Positions 13,747 to 28,309 are shown, counted from the first letter of the stretch. The stretch is 64,000 nucleotides of DNA from Octopus sinensis (GCF_006345805.1 NC_042997.1:28582001-28646000); one strand, 5' to 3'. The notes: a model not told the origin generated them from the letters alone. Translations and numbers: made by a program.

Positions 13747-15039
13747 TTTCCCATTTTATACATTTTCACAAAACCTATAACACATCTAATATATCATTTC
13801 TTAAACAAGGCGCATCGGGATACTCATATGCCGGAGAAAACTGAATAGGAGAGGTGTAATTATTGCTTTTGTTATCGTACCCATTCGCGCCTTTCAACCC
13901 ATATGATATTCACAGAACCTACCCATCAAAATGTCTACTGAGTGATAACATATCGTCATTTATTTGTGGTATTCAGTAAGTTAGCTGCAGATCATTTGTG
14001 AACAGGATTACGTACTTTTCCATGCTTATGATTTTACAATGTTAACAATGATTAATAATAGATTTAGTCATGCTAGCAAACTATGATATGATAATCCAGA
14101 AAAGCTAGAAATTTGAAGCCATGAAAGGCAGATATTTAAACGTATTTTACTAGTACAGCCTGTAAGCTCAATTGTGAATGTTAAATGGTTTTATCTTTCA
14201 CCTAGTAGATATTATATGCAAAACCCATGTTCAAATTCCTCATTGCTTAAGAATTGTACCTTTCCCATGTTGCTATGATATGAAATTTTTCACCTCCTAT
14301 AATTTCTATTGCTCTTATCGAAACGTGACCAATGGTGTGCTACTTCTTTCACACAAACCACTTCATTCTTTGTAAGATGAATCATAACATACGAGTACAC
14401 ATACACATTTACACACTACATTTTTTTCATTTGGAGAATCAGGGGAAACGATAGCTTTGTAGATGCAATATTTCTTCTTCGTATCTCTTATGTTATCCAA
14501 TTAAATGGGTTAGTTTTTAGACACTGAAGAACAAGCGCATTTTATATGAGAATTGATCTAGCAGTAATATAGTTTTTTTTATTGTGATGTTTTTCATATA
14601 TAAATAAAGTCCTGCTGAAAATAAATGAAATAATGCTGCGCAAAAATTGTGGATGTACTTCGATTCATACCTGCTAGATGAAACAAAAATTAGAACTGTG
14701 TTTTATTGGGAGTCGAAATTTCAGAACAGCTAATTGTAACTTTCCACATTACGATCCGTAGACAAATGGAAACACGTTTTAGTTTTGGAAATATATTCGA
14801 TGGAAATATTAAATATACAAACTGTTTTCGAATGGAGAAGGATAAACAAAATGCTTTTGCTGGCCTTGCATAAAGAGATATGAAAAAGAACGAGTTTCCG
14901 GTTAAATTTCAAGGGAGTAAATGGAAATGAAAAACCGTCAAAGCAACATAAGTTTGTACAAACACACGCGCGAGCGAGCACACACACGCACTCATACACA
15001 TACAAGTGCCTGCTGACATTCGGCCTGCCACGTACCCAA

Positions 15040-18000
15040 CTTTATCCTCGGTTCCAATCCACCGAAACTAGTGAAACGAAGATGAATCAGTTTGACGAAC
15101 GGCGACAGCATCCCCTCACCATCAAGTTAGAACCAGAAATACCTCAGACTCAACGCATATCTGCGCATCATAAGCCAAGGCTTCCCTAGCCCACCCTTTA
15201 GCAGCTGTTGGCGGCACATAGAGCGCCTAACAAGTGAACCTTTGCCCTTTCACATAAAGTAGAATAGCATCCGTTCTATCTTGCTTGGCCAGGAATCGAG
15301 ACAAGGAACGACGGTCAGGCGGTAAGTAATCAAAGATGCGATAAACACATTTGCAACTTCCGCCCTCCCTTTCATAGATGACCATCGCTCAGAACATGTC
15401 TGAGTTAGGCTGTCCACCTTGCTCACCACCTCGCTCCAATTCTTCTCCATCTAGAGGTCGGGACTGAACCAGACCCCAAGCAACTTAACCGGGCCCGCCG
15501 TCCAACACCCGACGATGTTGTTAGGAGGCATCGACTTTTCGAGTTACAAGCCGACTCACTTATCCCGATTAATGCTTGCCCCTGCTACTGCCTCGTAATC
15601 TTTTATGGCCTCGCCTACTCTCTATAGGTGGCTCATCTTAGATACGATGATTGTGATGTCTGCATACGCCGTAACCGATCGTCCACATATCCTCCAACTT
15701 TCACAGTAAAGGCTTCAGGGCCAACAGTTACAGATGTGAGGAGAGGGCACATCCTTGAACGTTTGATGCAGAACGGTTTTGAGAGGAAACCGTTCACCCG
15801 AACAAGGCAATGATCCAGTTACGGAAGGTCGGGCCAAGCCCAACCGCCGCGAGGACCAAAACTAGATACCGATGGACAAACTTATCTGAAGCTTTTGCTT
15901 CGAATAAATGGACCAGAGCCCCACCCTTGCCACGAAGCCTAATTACTCTTTTTGAGGTGTAGTGTATAAGGTGGAGATTGTCTTGTATGGTTCTGTCAGG
16001 GATTGCGCAAGTTTTCGCCTCCCCGATCCTCGCCAAACTTTTTCCTAACACCCTGTCCAAAATTGTCAACGCTGTATTAAGGAGAGTGATGGGCCAAATG
16101 TTATCTATTTTATTCCCCTTGTTTGGGTCATTTCTAAGCAGCGCAACCGACGGCTCACAGATCTGGGTATAAACCCGTTATCCTGCCAGTTGGTGTAGAC
16201 TAATGGCAGCAGGTGCCCAAACAAGTCTGGCATTCTGAAATAAAGCTTGTAGGGAAGACCATCCAGTCCTGGTGACTTCTCCCCACCACAGTCCAACAAA
16301 GCCTCCTCCGTAGCCGTGATCAATCCTTCACATCTATCTGCTTCCCACCCCGAGAGATGCAGCATTCCGCTGAGGAAGTCTGTGAGGTCTTACCTGCGCT
16401 CCGGCCGCCCACCGCCCCTCCCGAACAACTGAGCGAAATGCTCCTAAAAAACCTTACACCTCTCCTCGAGTTCGTTTATTTTTCGCTCATGATCCGTCAA
16501 AGACCTAATTGTGATATTATCGCCACTTTGAGTCTCTACTACAAGGGCCCATCGCATAGTGTTGATACCTTCCCGTACCATTGCACGGAGTATAGATCTG
16601 ACAAGGTATCCCTCAAGTTTGGCCTCAAGGTGTTGGTTTATCGCATATGTCGGGGCCCTCACTTGGGACGCATTGCCAGTCATCCGTGCCTCATATAGTG
16701 CCTTAACTAGATCCCTTTCTATTATATTCTTCTTACGGGCTAGCTCTTTGCTAAAACTAACCGACTCAAACGTGATGGTTCGTTTGGGGGCCAGTCACAA
16801 TTTGTTATTAATAATGGCGCCGGCTAAATCCCTAATAATTAGTTGTCTAATCCGACTCCTGTACTCTTCACAGTCCAACAGAGATTTGTTGAGTTTCCAG
16901 TAGCCGAGCCCCTGTCTATGTGCTCTATCTAAGTCTAGTCTATAGGTTACAAATTTGTGATCACTATAGCAGACATAATGAAATTGTCGAAACCTCGTTA
17001 AGTCTTTGTCCTTACGCCTAACTATAATTCTATCTAAGTAAGGCGGATCTTCTATCTAAAAGATCCGTCACTATTAGTTCAGATCCACACTGGAGCGCCT
17101 TGATACTTTAGACTGTATCGATCTGCCAGCTGAAAACGACTGAGCAGATGGCTGTGGCATGAGTTACCCTCCTATCTGGGTTCAAGCCAACACAATCTAC
17201 GTGTGCATCACAAAATGGGATAAAGTAGCCTTATACCACTAAAGGGATTGACATTCCTAGAAAATCTTCTAGGCTTCGAAAAAAAATCTCCCAGCCACCA
17301 ACCTGAAGGACTTACCACTGCTTTGCGTCACATCCAAGACGACCAGCTAGCCTTCCGGGTCATTCTTAACTTTAGTTTCAGCACCTTCCTGAGAAAGACC
17401 ATGACGCATCCACCCTCTCCAGATAGACATGGAGAAATCACTTTCCCGTAGTCATTTAGGAGGGGAGAGAGAGAAGGCTTGTAGTCCACTCTGTCCAAGT
17501 TTTGTCGCAACGACAATATCCAATCTATGCGAGTGGAAATTGTCACGGAGGCATGCTTGCTTCCTTACCGAACTTAGGCTGCGCACATTTATACACCCTA
17601 CATTAAGACATGACAAGAAGGTCATCTTACCTTAAAGGTGGGGTTCTACTCCTCTTCTTCGTCCGTGGACTGTGAGGTCCTAATGAATTTATGGTATAAA
17701 GCATATAAAGTTTTCTTTCGGGAGACTTCGGTAAAATCCTCTTCTTCCAGCTCCTTCGACGAACTTTTCTCCCCTATGGTCAGCCTTACCTCTGGCGTCA
17801 CATGAGTTGGAGGGCATTCTGTTCTCATGTGGCCTCCCTGGCCACACATGTAACAGCAAGGCCTCCTGCCCTACCCCATAAGCCTCAACATTGTTTCTTT
17901 GCCCACCAGTAAGGTGTCGACAATTTCTTCGAGAACTCAGGGGCTGCCTAAATCAACATTTCAAGGCCTTGTCCCTGGCAGTTCTGATGGTGGCTTCTTG

Positions 18001-18420
18001 TGGCTTGGAGAATTGACATTTTGTCCTCTAGGCCTAGTACGATTGCTGCCACAAACCAGGCAACATCCACGTCTCCGGGTATTTCTTCTACCTTCACATT
18101 GGAGGTACGTCTTCGTAGGCAGATTCGCAGTAGAAACACCTCCGCCGTGTTAAGAGGCACTGTGGATTGTTGCTTCGGTTTTTCCTCCGTATAAAATCGC
18201 ATCTCCGCTGTCACGAACTTTTTATCTGTAGCCAGATAATTTATGTATGGTCATATGGGTTGTAGACATTTTTCGACTAATTCTTTTAGCAAAAACTCTA
18301 ATTTATTATTTTTTTATGTCAAGCGTTAGGAAAGTTAATTATATTTAACAACTGTGGCTGGAGCTAAGGATCCGTATTAGGTGCACGTGTTAGCAGATAT
18401 ATATTAGAGGAAAGAACAAC
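15040..18420 (-). mobile_element. Decayed Tx1/L1-clade non-LTR retrotransposon (ORF1 zinc knuckle, APE endonuclease, RT)
   Basis: ORF1 has CYMCGQGGHMRTECP (CCHC, about 17810-17860). NVRSL endonuclease start near 17590. KSPGLDGLP, PITLLN, RTIQDNLHLI and AYAD (about 15660) RT motifs. Many stops and frameshifts. Confidence 0.85.
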
Positions 18421-18623
18421 AGAAACTAATGTAGGACGAGTATATCAAGTCATTTATTATAATCCAATTAGGATAAGGTGAATTCGGAATCTTAAAACAG
18501 TTTCCAGGACATCTCAAGTGATAGGCTAGCATGTCCGTACACTGGGCTTTCCGTCAACAGGGACAAGGTTCGTGTCTATATATGTGTGTGTGTGTGTGTT
18601 TGTGTGTGTGCATGTGTATGTGA

Positions 18624-18897
18624 AGGCGCGTGACTTTGTGGTTAGTGTATCCGGCTCTCGATCTTAATGTCGTCAGTTCAGTACCTGGCGACACATGTGT
18701 CCTTGAGCAAGACACTTTATTTTAGGTTGTTCCAATCCACTCAGCTGACAAAATTGTGTAGTGCCTGTATTTAAAAAGGTCACTCTTGTTTCACGTTGAA
18801 TCTTCCTGAAAATGACATTAAGGCTACGCGTGTCCGTGGAGTGCTCAGCCGCATGCACCTTTATTTCATCAGCTGGCTGTTTCGTTGATCGGATCAA
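18624..18897 (+). mobile_element. tRNA-derived SINE (family C, CORE/Meta-like central domain), truncated at the CR1 insertion
   Basis: A/B-box-like head, then TGTGTCCTTGAGCAAGACACTT. Homologous to 49240-49618. Confidence 0.7.
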
Positions 18898-18919
18898 AGG
18901 TAGAAATGCTGGGCATAAG

Positions 18920-21247
18920 CGACGACATTTTTAGATTGGTCACATTCTTTGCTAGATCTGGTATTCTCCCGCTATCCAAGATCAGTGTCAGACGTATCTG
19001 TGTGCGCCCCTCTTGACAAGAGTGATCATGCGGTCCTGAAGTTCGTCATGCACACAACTTTTTCCACGCCCACGATTACTTCGCTGCCACGTAGAGTCTT
19101 CTCTGCAATTAATCTTGAAATTCTAACCGAGGCTTCCGCGCTTCTGGACTGGCGATCCCTGATGACGTTGTCCTCAGTTGACGAACTATGGTCATCCCTC
19201 AAAGCATATGTAATCTGTTTGACTGACCAGGCAGTTCCCGTTGGGCTTCCCAAGATGAAGAAACACAAGCCCTGGGTGACGAAGAAGGTTAAACGAGAAC
19301 GTTGACTCAGAGATATTGCTTGGGCTGAATTCAAAAATCTGGATTCGACTGCAGCTTTTGAGGTGTACAAAACTCAACGAGACCGAGCCGTGAAAATTGA
19401 ATACAAAATCAGTTATGAATACAAAATCGCGGCAAATGCCAGTAGCAATCCAAAAACCTTCCTTGCCCATGTCCAGCGGAATTCCCGCCTGAACAACCAG
19501 ATTGCAACGTTGATACACTCAACAGGCGTATCGATTGAGGACCCTTATCAACAGAGTCAATTATTTGCCGAGGCTTTTTCAACTATTTTCAAACAAGATG
19601 ATGGTCGTGAACCCCCTCCATTTGATAGATCGGTACCTCCAATGCTTCGATTGGTCATCACGCGGTAAGAAGTCAAACGTGTTATTCAAGGCCTCGATGT
19701 CAACAAGGGTCACGGCCCTGACGGCATACATCCACGGGTTATGAAAGCGTTGGCTCCGGTCATCTGCGTGCCTTTAACACGACTATTCAATATGTCATTG
19801 GCGACGGGTGTTATACCTGCAGACTGGAGAACAGCGATAATCTGCCCAATTTCCAAGAAAGGGAGCCGCGAAGACCCGCTTAACTACCGACCGGTTTCCC
19901 TTACATCAATAATCAGCAAGATGTTCGAAACCATCCTTAAGAAAAGTATGATGCTCCACCTCCTAAACACAGCTTCGATCACCGATTCCCAACACGGCTT
20001 CGTGCCGAAGAGATCATGCTTGACCAACTTACTAGTAATGGAAGAATTGGTGACGCGCATCCTCGATGATAGTGATGCTGTTGACATCGTTTTATTGGAC
20101 TTTGCCAAAGCTTTTGACTCGGTAAACCACCGCCTACTACTTGTCAAGCTTCAAGCATATAGTTTCCATCCGGATATTGTACGATGGTTTGGTGCCCTCC
20201 TCTCAGATCGCTCCTTCCAAGTTCAAGTTAATGGTTCGCGGTCCGACGTCTCCAGTGCGAGCAGTGGCGTGCCTCAAGGTTCAGTGCTTGGGCCCTTGTT
20301 GTTCTTAGTCTTCATAAATGACTTGCCCGACGACCTCACGCAACACACCCTTCTATTTGCCGACGATATCAAACTGGTCGCTCCTCGCGGTAGTATAGAG
20401 GATCTTCGTCGATGCCTCCACCAAATTTGGAAGTGGTCTAACGATTGGGACCTGTGTCTGAACGTGTCAAAGTGCTGTCATCTGCCTGTCGGCTCTACTC
20501 CTACAACTCAACTTGATTTCGAGCCGGGTCGTCTGCTGCTGGAGAGGACCGATCAGGTAAAGGACCCGGGTATCTTGGTGGATTCCTCCTTTTCGCCTTC
20601 GGCCCAGTGCGTCCATGCTGCCAGCAAAGCGCGCGGAATTCTGTTTTTTATTCGACGGTCATTCGGAATGTTCACAGCAGCCATATTCCTACCACTCTAT
20701 GTCACGCTGGTGAGACCCATATTGGAGTATGGGATTCAAGCCTCTTCTCCTTATCTCCTCAAAGACAAACAGCATCTCGAAAGAGTCCAGAGGCTGGCTA
20801 CCCGCATGGTTCATGGTCTCAAAAATTTGTCCTACGAAGAAAGGCTGAGGGCGCTCGACCTTTATTCTCTTGAAAAACGCCGCCGCCGTGGTGATCTCAT
20901 TCTCGCCCACAACATCATAAGCGGGAAGTGTAACCTCTCGAAAGAGCTGTTCTTCACTCCTGTTCCGGAGCGTCGGCTGCGGGGTCATTCCGAAAAGCTC
21001 TACCTGCGACGATTTCATCTCAATCGAAGGAGAGGAGCTTTCTCCGTCCGGGTTGCGGATCCGTGGAACAAGCTGCCAGACGAGATGGTGAAGATGCCGA
21101 CGACTGCTTTGTTCAAAGCCTCCCTGGACCTCAAGTGGCCTGAACTCTTTACATGAACACCACCCTGTACTTAACTCCATGTCCCCCTACATGGCCTTGC
21201 TATTTGCTTTTGAGCGAAATTAACTAACTAACTAACTAACTAACTAA
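18920..21247 (+). mobile_element. CR1-type LINE, 5'-truncated, copy 1, with (TAAC)n tail
   Basis: Endonuclease end (LLDLVF, SDH), RT motifs NYRPVSLTS, QHGF, LDFAKAFDSV, SGVPQGSVLGPLLF, LFADD, C-terminal WNKLP. Stops at 19303 and 19666. (TAAC)n at 21221-21247. Confidence 0.95.
19741..21156 (+). CDS. CR1 LINE ORF2 reverse transcriptase, open 471-aa portion
   Basis: Uninterrupted ORF with the non-LTR RT motifs, but part of a truncated, stop-containing ORF2 and probably not functional. Confidence 0.85.
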   Translation: MKALAPVICVPLTRLFNMSLATGVIPADWRTAIICPISKKGSREDPLNYRPVSLTSIISKMFETILKKSMMLHLLNTASITDSQHGFVPKRSCLTNLLVMEELVTRILDDSDAVDIVLLDFAKAFDSVNHRLLLVKLQAYSFHPDIVRWFGALLSDRSFQVQVNGSRSDVSSASSGVPQGSVLGPLLFLVFINDLPDDLTQHTLLFADDIKLVAPRGSIEDLRRCLHQIWKWSNDWDLCLNVSKCCHLPVGSTPTTQLDFEPGRLLLERTDQVKDPGILVDSSFSPSAQCVHAASKARGILFFIRRSFGMFTAAIFLPLYVTLVRPILEYGIQASSPYLLKDKQHLERVQRLATRMVHGLKNLSYEERLRALDLYSLEKRRRRGDLILAHNIISGKCNLSKELFFTPVPERRLRGHSEKLYLRRFHLNRRRGAFSVRVADPWNKLPDEMVKMPTTALFKASLDLKWPELFT

Positions 21248-21279
21248 GCTATATCTTCAGCAACAAAATTTGAAAACTG

Positions 21280-22257
21280 CTTCGGTAGAAAAACAGCTGC
21301 AGTAAAATATGAGGTTGAAAAAGGGAGAGTAACACCTGAAATCGACGTTGGGTCCAAATATTTTAGTAAGATAACTCAATATTTTATTTTAGCTTATATA
21401 ATAGATCGCAGTGAGAGGAATCTATCCATCTTACTAATAAGCCAAAAAAAAATTCAGTAGAAATTAGTACTGAGGTAAAAACCGCCGAAAAAACGAGATT
21501 AACGCCTGATATAGATTTCACTCCAAATTATTTTCTTATTTCAAATGAAAACTATAATTAAATTCAACTTTTCAGATAGATTTCCACTAGAGGAATCTAA
21601 TGATGGGAATATTATCAAGAAAAGCAATTAAAATTAATAAAAAACTATTGGTGCCAAATGTGCCGAAAATGTGGTAACGGCTAAAATCAAATTCAAAACT
21701 TGATTTTCTTTTTTACCTCGTATTATATAACTCAAGACGAGTGTCGTCTTTCTAACCTTGTCAAGAAATATATTTCACAAATGATAGTGTGTGAATAGTA
21801 TTGTGATGGTTAACATGTACTCACTAACAGGCTCTTCTAGGCTTTTAACCAAATTTAATGATGTTTACATGTTTAGAATGGTCATATTATAAGCTACAGT
21901 TCGCACTAAAACATTTTGAAAATTGGTTTAACAGAAAAAATGTTTTGAAATAAGTGAGGTCAGAAACGGGAAAATAACACCTGAAATCGACTTTAAGTTC
22001 AAATATTCTTTAAAAAATATATTTTATTCCTTATTTCGCTTATATGATAGATCGCGACGATAGAAATCTATCCGTGTTAGCTATATGCAAAATTATTCAG
22101 TAGAAAAATAGTATTGAGATAAAAACCTCCAAAAACCAAAGAAAGAGAAGGGAGAATAACGCCTCAAATCTATTTTGGCTCCAAATATTCTTATTTCAGA
22201 AGAAAACTATATTTAAATTTAACTTTTCTGATAAATCTCGACAACAGGAATCCATGA

Positions 22258-22328
<71 letters not shown>

Positions 22329-23090
22329 AATCACTGGGGCACATGTGCCGAAATCTGTGGTAACGCCTAAAAGCAAATTCAAAACCTAAGCATTTTGTTT
22401 TTGTGTAAAAATTTTGTTTTTCTTTAGCTCATATGAAAGAACTCACCAAAAACATTCAAAATGAAAAAAGTTATTATATACGCCAAATGTGCCAAAAGTA
22501 CGTGAAAACAAACTTCAAGTAATATTATTACTACAGTACTAAGACGACGAGCTGTCAGAGTCGTTAACTCGTAGGGAGAAAGAATCGTGGCATTTCGTCT
22601 CTATATTTTGAGTTCAAATTCCGCCAAAGTCGTCTTTACCTTTTATGTTTTCGGTACCCAATAAAATAAGTATCAACTGAGCGCTGCGGTCGATGCAATC
22701 AGTTTCCCTCCCCTACTGATTTGATGACCTTCTGCCAAAATTAGAAATCAATATTGCAGAATGTATGGTTCGATTCAATATTTAGGTAAATTGCAAAGAT
22801 CTACCTCATATTCATACAATACACAACATTGTGGCAAATATCTTTCACACACGGCAGTGTGTGAATAATATTCTTACGGTCAAAATTTACTCACTCGCGA
22901 CCACTTCTGGGTTTTGTCACTAATTCACATTCCTACTAAATTTCATAATTTTTATACATTATATTGGTTGCCCCCTAAGCTACAATTTCCACTATAAAAT
23001 TTGAAACTTGGTGCAGTAGAAAAAAGTTGAGATTTCAAATATATGAGGTCAAAAAGGGGACAATAACCCCTGAAATCGGCCTCCGGGATA
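21280..23090. repeat. Modular tandemly duplicated repeat (units of about 180-660 bp), probable DNA-transposon relic
   Basis: Recurring AACRCCTGAAATCGAC...TCCAAATATT-like motif near 21331, 21501, 21977, 22158 and 23065. ATAGATCGC...AATCTATCC occurs twice, as does TGTGCCGAAA...GTGGTAACG. GTGTGTGAATA...TACTCACT at 21787 and 22857. Confidence 0.55.
22544..22752 (+). mobile_element. tRNA-derived SINE (family B)
   Basis: GACGACGAGCTGTCAGAGTCGTTA...GAGTTCAAATTCCGCC. Homologous to 47270-47500. Confidence 0.75.
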
Positions 23091-23376
23091 TACATGCCAC
23101 GCTGCATAATAATACATTCGTAAATAAACACACGCACGTGCACACACTTGCATGCACAATACACATACACATACACACAAGGAACTTTTAAAAGGCCCAT
23201 GAAAGGAAACAAAGGTGATTGTGACAAATACGTGGCTTTTAGGCGAGAGGGGCTAAGCTGACAACAATTGATCAGAAGTGGTCTCTTTTCTGCTGTTCAT
23301 CGTAAACAAACTGTCACAGACGGACAGACACACATACATATGTACATACATACATCCATACATACATACATACATA

Positions 23377-24644
23377 TTGGATTGTTCGGAATGTTCGTGC
23401 CGATATTTAGAGGAAAGAAAGAGGTCAATAAATACTTACCATTACATTTTTAATCAACGAAATATGAACCATTTCGTTGCACAATATGTCTCCATCTTTC
23501 CTTTAACTTGAAAATACTCTCTTCCCAGAATTGAGGTGGTTTCATGGCAAACAACTCATCAAGCAATCTTTTTACGTCATCCAAGGAATTGAAAGTTTTA
23601 CCATTAAGACTATTCTGCAGAGACCTGAAAAAGTTGAAATCTGAAGGAGTAATATATGGTGAATATATGGTGGGGTAAAACATCGAAGCCGAGCTGCAGT
23701 AATTTTTTTCTGTTTCCCAACGAAACGTGCGGTCTAGCATTATCATGTTGGGAAACAACACCATTCCTGTTGGCCAATTCTCTTGAATTGCTGCTTTTAA
23801 CTCGTCCAATTGTGTGCATTATTTATCAGAATTAATTGTCTGGTTACTTGGGAGGAGGCCATAATACAGAATTCCTTTCCAATCCCACCAGACACAAAGC
23901 AAGGCATTTTAAAACTGAAGCCCCGCTTTTGTGTGGATAAGAGTGGCTCATGTCACTTACTCCAAGATCGCTTTCTCTGAACATTTCGGTAGGTAATCCA
24001 TTTCTCATCACCTGTCACAATTTGCTTTAAAAACGGCGAGTTTTCATTCCGTTTATAAAATGAATCACAGATGGAAATGTGATCCAAAAGATTCTCACTC
24101 AACTCATGTGGTACCCAAACATCGTAGCGATTTGTGTACCCAAGCTTTACTATGTGCTCATGAACGACGGATTTTGATAAGTTGAGGATTTCTGCCCATC
24201 ATTGGGTTGTGCAATGTGGGTTATTCTCAATTAATGACTTGATTTCGTCATCATCTGTAGTGGATGTTCTGTCTGATTGCTCTTTATCAATAAGGCTAGA
24301 ATCTCCAGCTCGGAACCTTGCGAACCACTTCGGTACAGTTCTTTCGGATAAAGAAACATCCCCGTAAACTGCGCATATTTCTTTGGTTGCTTGTGAGGCA
24401 TTTTTCCCTTTACAGAAAAAGGAAATCATCAAGTGCCGAAAATGAAGTTTCCTATCTTCCATTTGAAAGGGTTACAGAATTAGCACACGTTATAGGAACA
24501 TAAACCTTCTTCCACGAAAAGGTAACTTAAACTGTGCTCGTAATGGAGCTGTAGTCAAATCCTATTTCGTGGACTTAGCCATGTTCTAAAATAAATTGAA
24601 AGATAAGTTATTATTAATCGGCACGAACTTTCCGGACAGCCCAA
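23377..24644 (-). mobile_element. Near full-length mariner (DD34D-type) transposon, transposase pseudogenised
   Basis: TIRs TTGGATTGTTCGGAATGTTCGTGCCGAT and ATCGGCACGAACTTTCCGGACAGCCCAA, TA on both sides, 1268 bp. Translations MEDRKLHFRHLM...WFARFRAG, HDNARPH, YSPYITPSDFNFFRSLQN. Sits in a (TACA)n tract. Confidence 0.95.
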
Positions 24645-27600
24645 TAGATACATACACACATACATACACACATACATACATACATGCATATTGCAGAGAA
24701 ACTATACGGGCTTTTGAAGTTTATTATTTTTGCCTAACCAGAAAGCAGCATTTAGAAGCTGGCATTTTGTGCATGATAGTTGCCTATCACAAAATGAAAG
24801 CAAAATCATTATTCGAGGAGGAATTTATTAAATTAAATTAAACAATTGAAAGCTAATCCTTACGACGTCCAAAGTTGTTGGAACTTTTGCAGTTTTAATA
24901 AGTTTTTTGTTGCTTTTAAACTTTAATTCAATATTAAGAGTAGCAGAATTTTTATTTTTATTTCTTAGGGTAAACTGTAAAGTTTTCTTTCAAAAAGTAT
25001 GATTGGATTTTTTAGGATAGCAGCATTCAGAATTTTTTTTTCAAGCAATTTGATAAGAACAGAAACTTAATTGCAGGCTATATTTTTTATTTTGCATGAA
25101 TTTCAACTAACAAACTAACTCTGCTCTCACAAGCATATTGGCTATTTTGCATTAAAAGAAATTACATTAGCCTGGGTTTTACTAGTCATATGATTAGATT
25201 TTCTTCTTGCTTGTTAATAGTTTTAAGTTATTACACCTGGAAAAGATTTCCATAGTAGAATTTGCCTAATGTGTCACATCTAAATTAAATTTAAACGTAC
25301 TTGAAATTAAAATTCTACTTTATTTAATATATTTCAGCCGAGAATTACATTTTTAAAATTAAAATACAACATATCAGGAAAAAGTTGAGATAATTCATTT
25401 TCATGACTTTTGAAATATATAATTAAAATAGTCATTTTATTTAGTTGTATCAAGTACAAGCAGTAAAATATGAAGTCGGAAAAATATTGCACAAGATTTT
25501 TTTCACTTGAAGTGAAATCTCATTTAAAAAAAAGCACTGATTGCAGTATCATGGTTATTAAGTGGTTTCAAATTAATCATATGCTGAGTCAATTCTTCCT
25601 CATTAAAAGAAAAAGTAAATCTGACAAATAAATCATACGTAAGATATATTATTTAGCATTAATACAGTAGATTAGCCTAATTCATCATTTGGCTGATTCG
25701 TTACTTCACCAAATTCGTCACTTTCAATTGTCTAGTAGAGATGACTAATTAAGTGTATATAACTATAGTTTTGTGTGTGTGTGTGTGTGTGTGTAAAACG
25801 AAAGCGTCTGGACGCAATATAAAATCAAAAGCGAAAATTTCAGTTGCCACTAATATTTACTAAGTTGTTTTGTAATACATTGCTATAAACAAATGTCTGG
25901 GACCCTTAAAACTGGAGAAAAGTGACACACATACACACAATGTATTTATATTCACACATGTAGGTATAAACTCGTTTATATAGCGAACTTAAGGACACAC
26001 TCGTTTATAATTTCCTACATCTGACAGAACTCGTTTCATCAGACAAATGACGGGAACCAACATTACATCTTATGCTGGTATAGTATGATATTGAATAATG
26101 ACTGCAATGGAGAGATTGCTTTATACGATAATATGATTACGTCAAGGGAGACAAATAATGCATGCTACCCGAAACACTACGTTAAGTTCATGGAGCATCC
26201 ATTGAAGGAACGCAGTCAAAACCATAAAACTTTATTCAGACACTATGAAAACCATAAACCCATTACACTTGTAACGTCATCTTTCCATTTATTTTACTAA
26301 AATCTGAAAATTGGAATTTTTAATACGGATTATTAGTCACACTAATCTTAAAGCAGCAGGAACGCACACACTTTAGCAGCAAATAGACAGGTATGAAAGT
26401 ACTCCTGCACACCTCGGCTTACACGTTGACACATAATCTGGGTGATATTATTTTTTTGCGCGGGAGGTATTAAAATTTTCCGTTACTTTTGTATGGCATT
26501 GTATCAGTGTTGGTTCTGTGGTGATGTTATTTTCTGCATATTAACTTTTTCCTATAGTCTGACATCTCTTTTTCATCCCACAATCCATACAAACATTTTC
26601 TGTATTCTTTCGTTCTTCAATCTGCCTTTCATTAGATTATGTGTTTCTCTTTTTTTCTTCTGTTTCGCTTCACTAATTTCCCTTTTATTTACTCTTAATC
26701 TTTATTTTAATCTTTCTCCTTCCAAGCGCTGAGGCTTAAGTAAACACTTTTATTCTAGGAGCTGTGAGATTTTTGTCCTAATTTAAGTAATCGACCTTGT
26801 AATCTAAAGCTGTCCTATTTTAAATACATTATTTATGTATGTTTTTCGTATGGAATCTTAACTTGCTTTACAGCCTTAACACATTGGCCATTCCACGGAC
26901 AACCAAGTGCATCGGATTACGGCAAACTTACACCAATATAGGAAACTGAAAGTAATACGTTCTATTAAGTTTATAGAATCGTAAATTTATTCAAGTTCCC
27001 ATGGATATCTATCACTCCGTGTTTACATGTGAATCATACCAAATTCTCTAAACAAGCACACATACATACATATATTTGAGTGCGCATATGTGTATATACA
27101 TACACACATTCAACCGCACACGTACAAACGCCCGAGGACACACACACATGTGTACATACACACAAGCACACACGCATAAAAACATACTCATGCGCACACA
27201 GGCACAAGCATACACACACAGACACATATAGATATTTCGCATAGGCTTTACGTGACTAGTAACCTGGTATAGAACGCAATATACGTATGTTTCAGAACGA
27301 AGAGTTACACAAGTGCAGGGCGATAATAAGAAAAGAAGATGGCACAGGAAAGATAATAGATAGGCTGTGATCTTCATTAGCTTACAGCTGTTTCAGTCAT
27401 AATATGAAGTGAACTGAATTACTTCCAATAGCATTACAGGGAGCCTCGAACATGAGGTGAAATTTATCTTGGAAAGAAGAATTGCATCTGTGCAATTTTC
27501 TCTTTTTCGTATATATATAATATACATATATATGCATATATACGAATAGACTCTCACGTTTATATATATATATGTATGTGTGTGTGTGTGTAAGTGTGTG

Positions 27601-28309
27601 TATGTGTGTATGTGTGTGTATCTTTCTTTATACGCATATACATATATAAATGTATTAAAAAGTAATGCTAAGTTAAGGAATATGAGTGTATGGGTATAAT
27701 AAATAATTTATGAATTATACGGTTCTATAAGTGAAACATCCATGCAATTAAAGGATGTAGGCATGAGTTTAATGTGAATTTATTGAGTAGAAAGTGAAAG
27801 TAGAAAATAAAAGTAGAAAATAGAAAATATACATGTGTGTAAGCTAAACGACCGCTATATGGGGTAATAATTTCAATGTAACATTTTAAAATACATTAAA
27901 TAAAATATATTTAATGAAAGTATGTGAAATTCGTATCAAGAAATGGTCGAGGATCAAAACAGTGAAATTGTGAAGTCTAAAGCTTCCAACTCTATTTTGC
28001 GCATTTATTTATACCTGGGAAGTTAAAATCTCTGATTTACCCATTTTTAATACAATTTTAATAAAACGTCTTTTTCTTTCATTTATCAATTTATAAAGAC
28101 TTTAAATTTGTTATATATCTCCGTTACCTTTAACTTTTCTTCACTACATGGACAAACGTATATGCGTTTATAATGGCGCATTAATAGTCATCCATAAAAT
28201 ATTTGTTATATTTATATCCTATTTCTAAACATGTGCAGGAACACACCACGTACACGTACACGCATGCATATGCCAATTAATGTTTATATACATATACATG
28301 CATACATCA

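Noticed and set aside
20689-21180. Antisense ORFs shared by both CR1 copies
   Set aside because: The sharing is explained by the near identity of the copies; there is no independent coding signal.
27375-27450. Minus-strand GAAACAGCTGTA resembling a hammerhead 3' half
   Set aside because: No CUGANGA core or stem I partner could be found.
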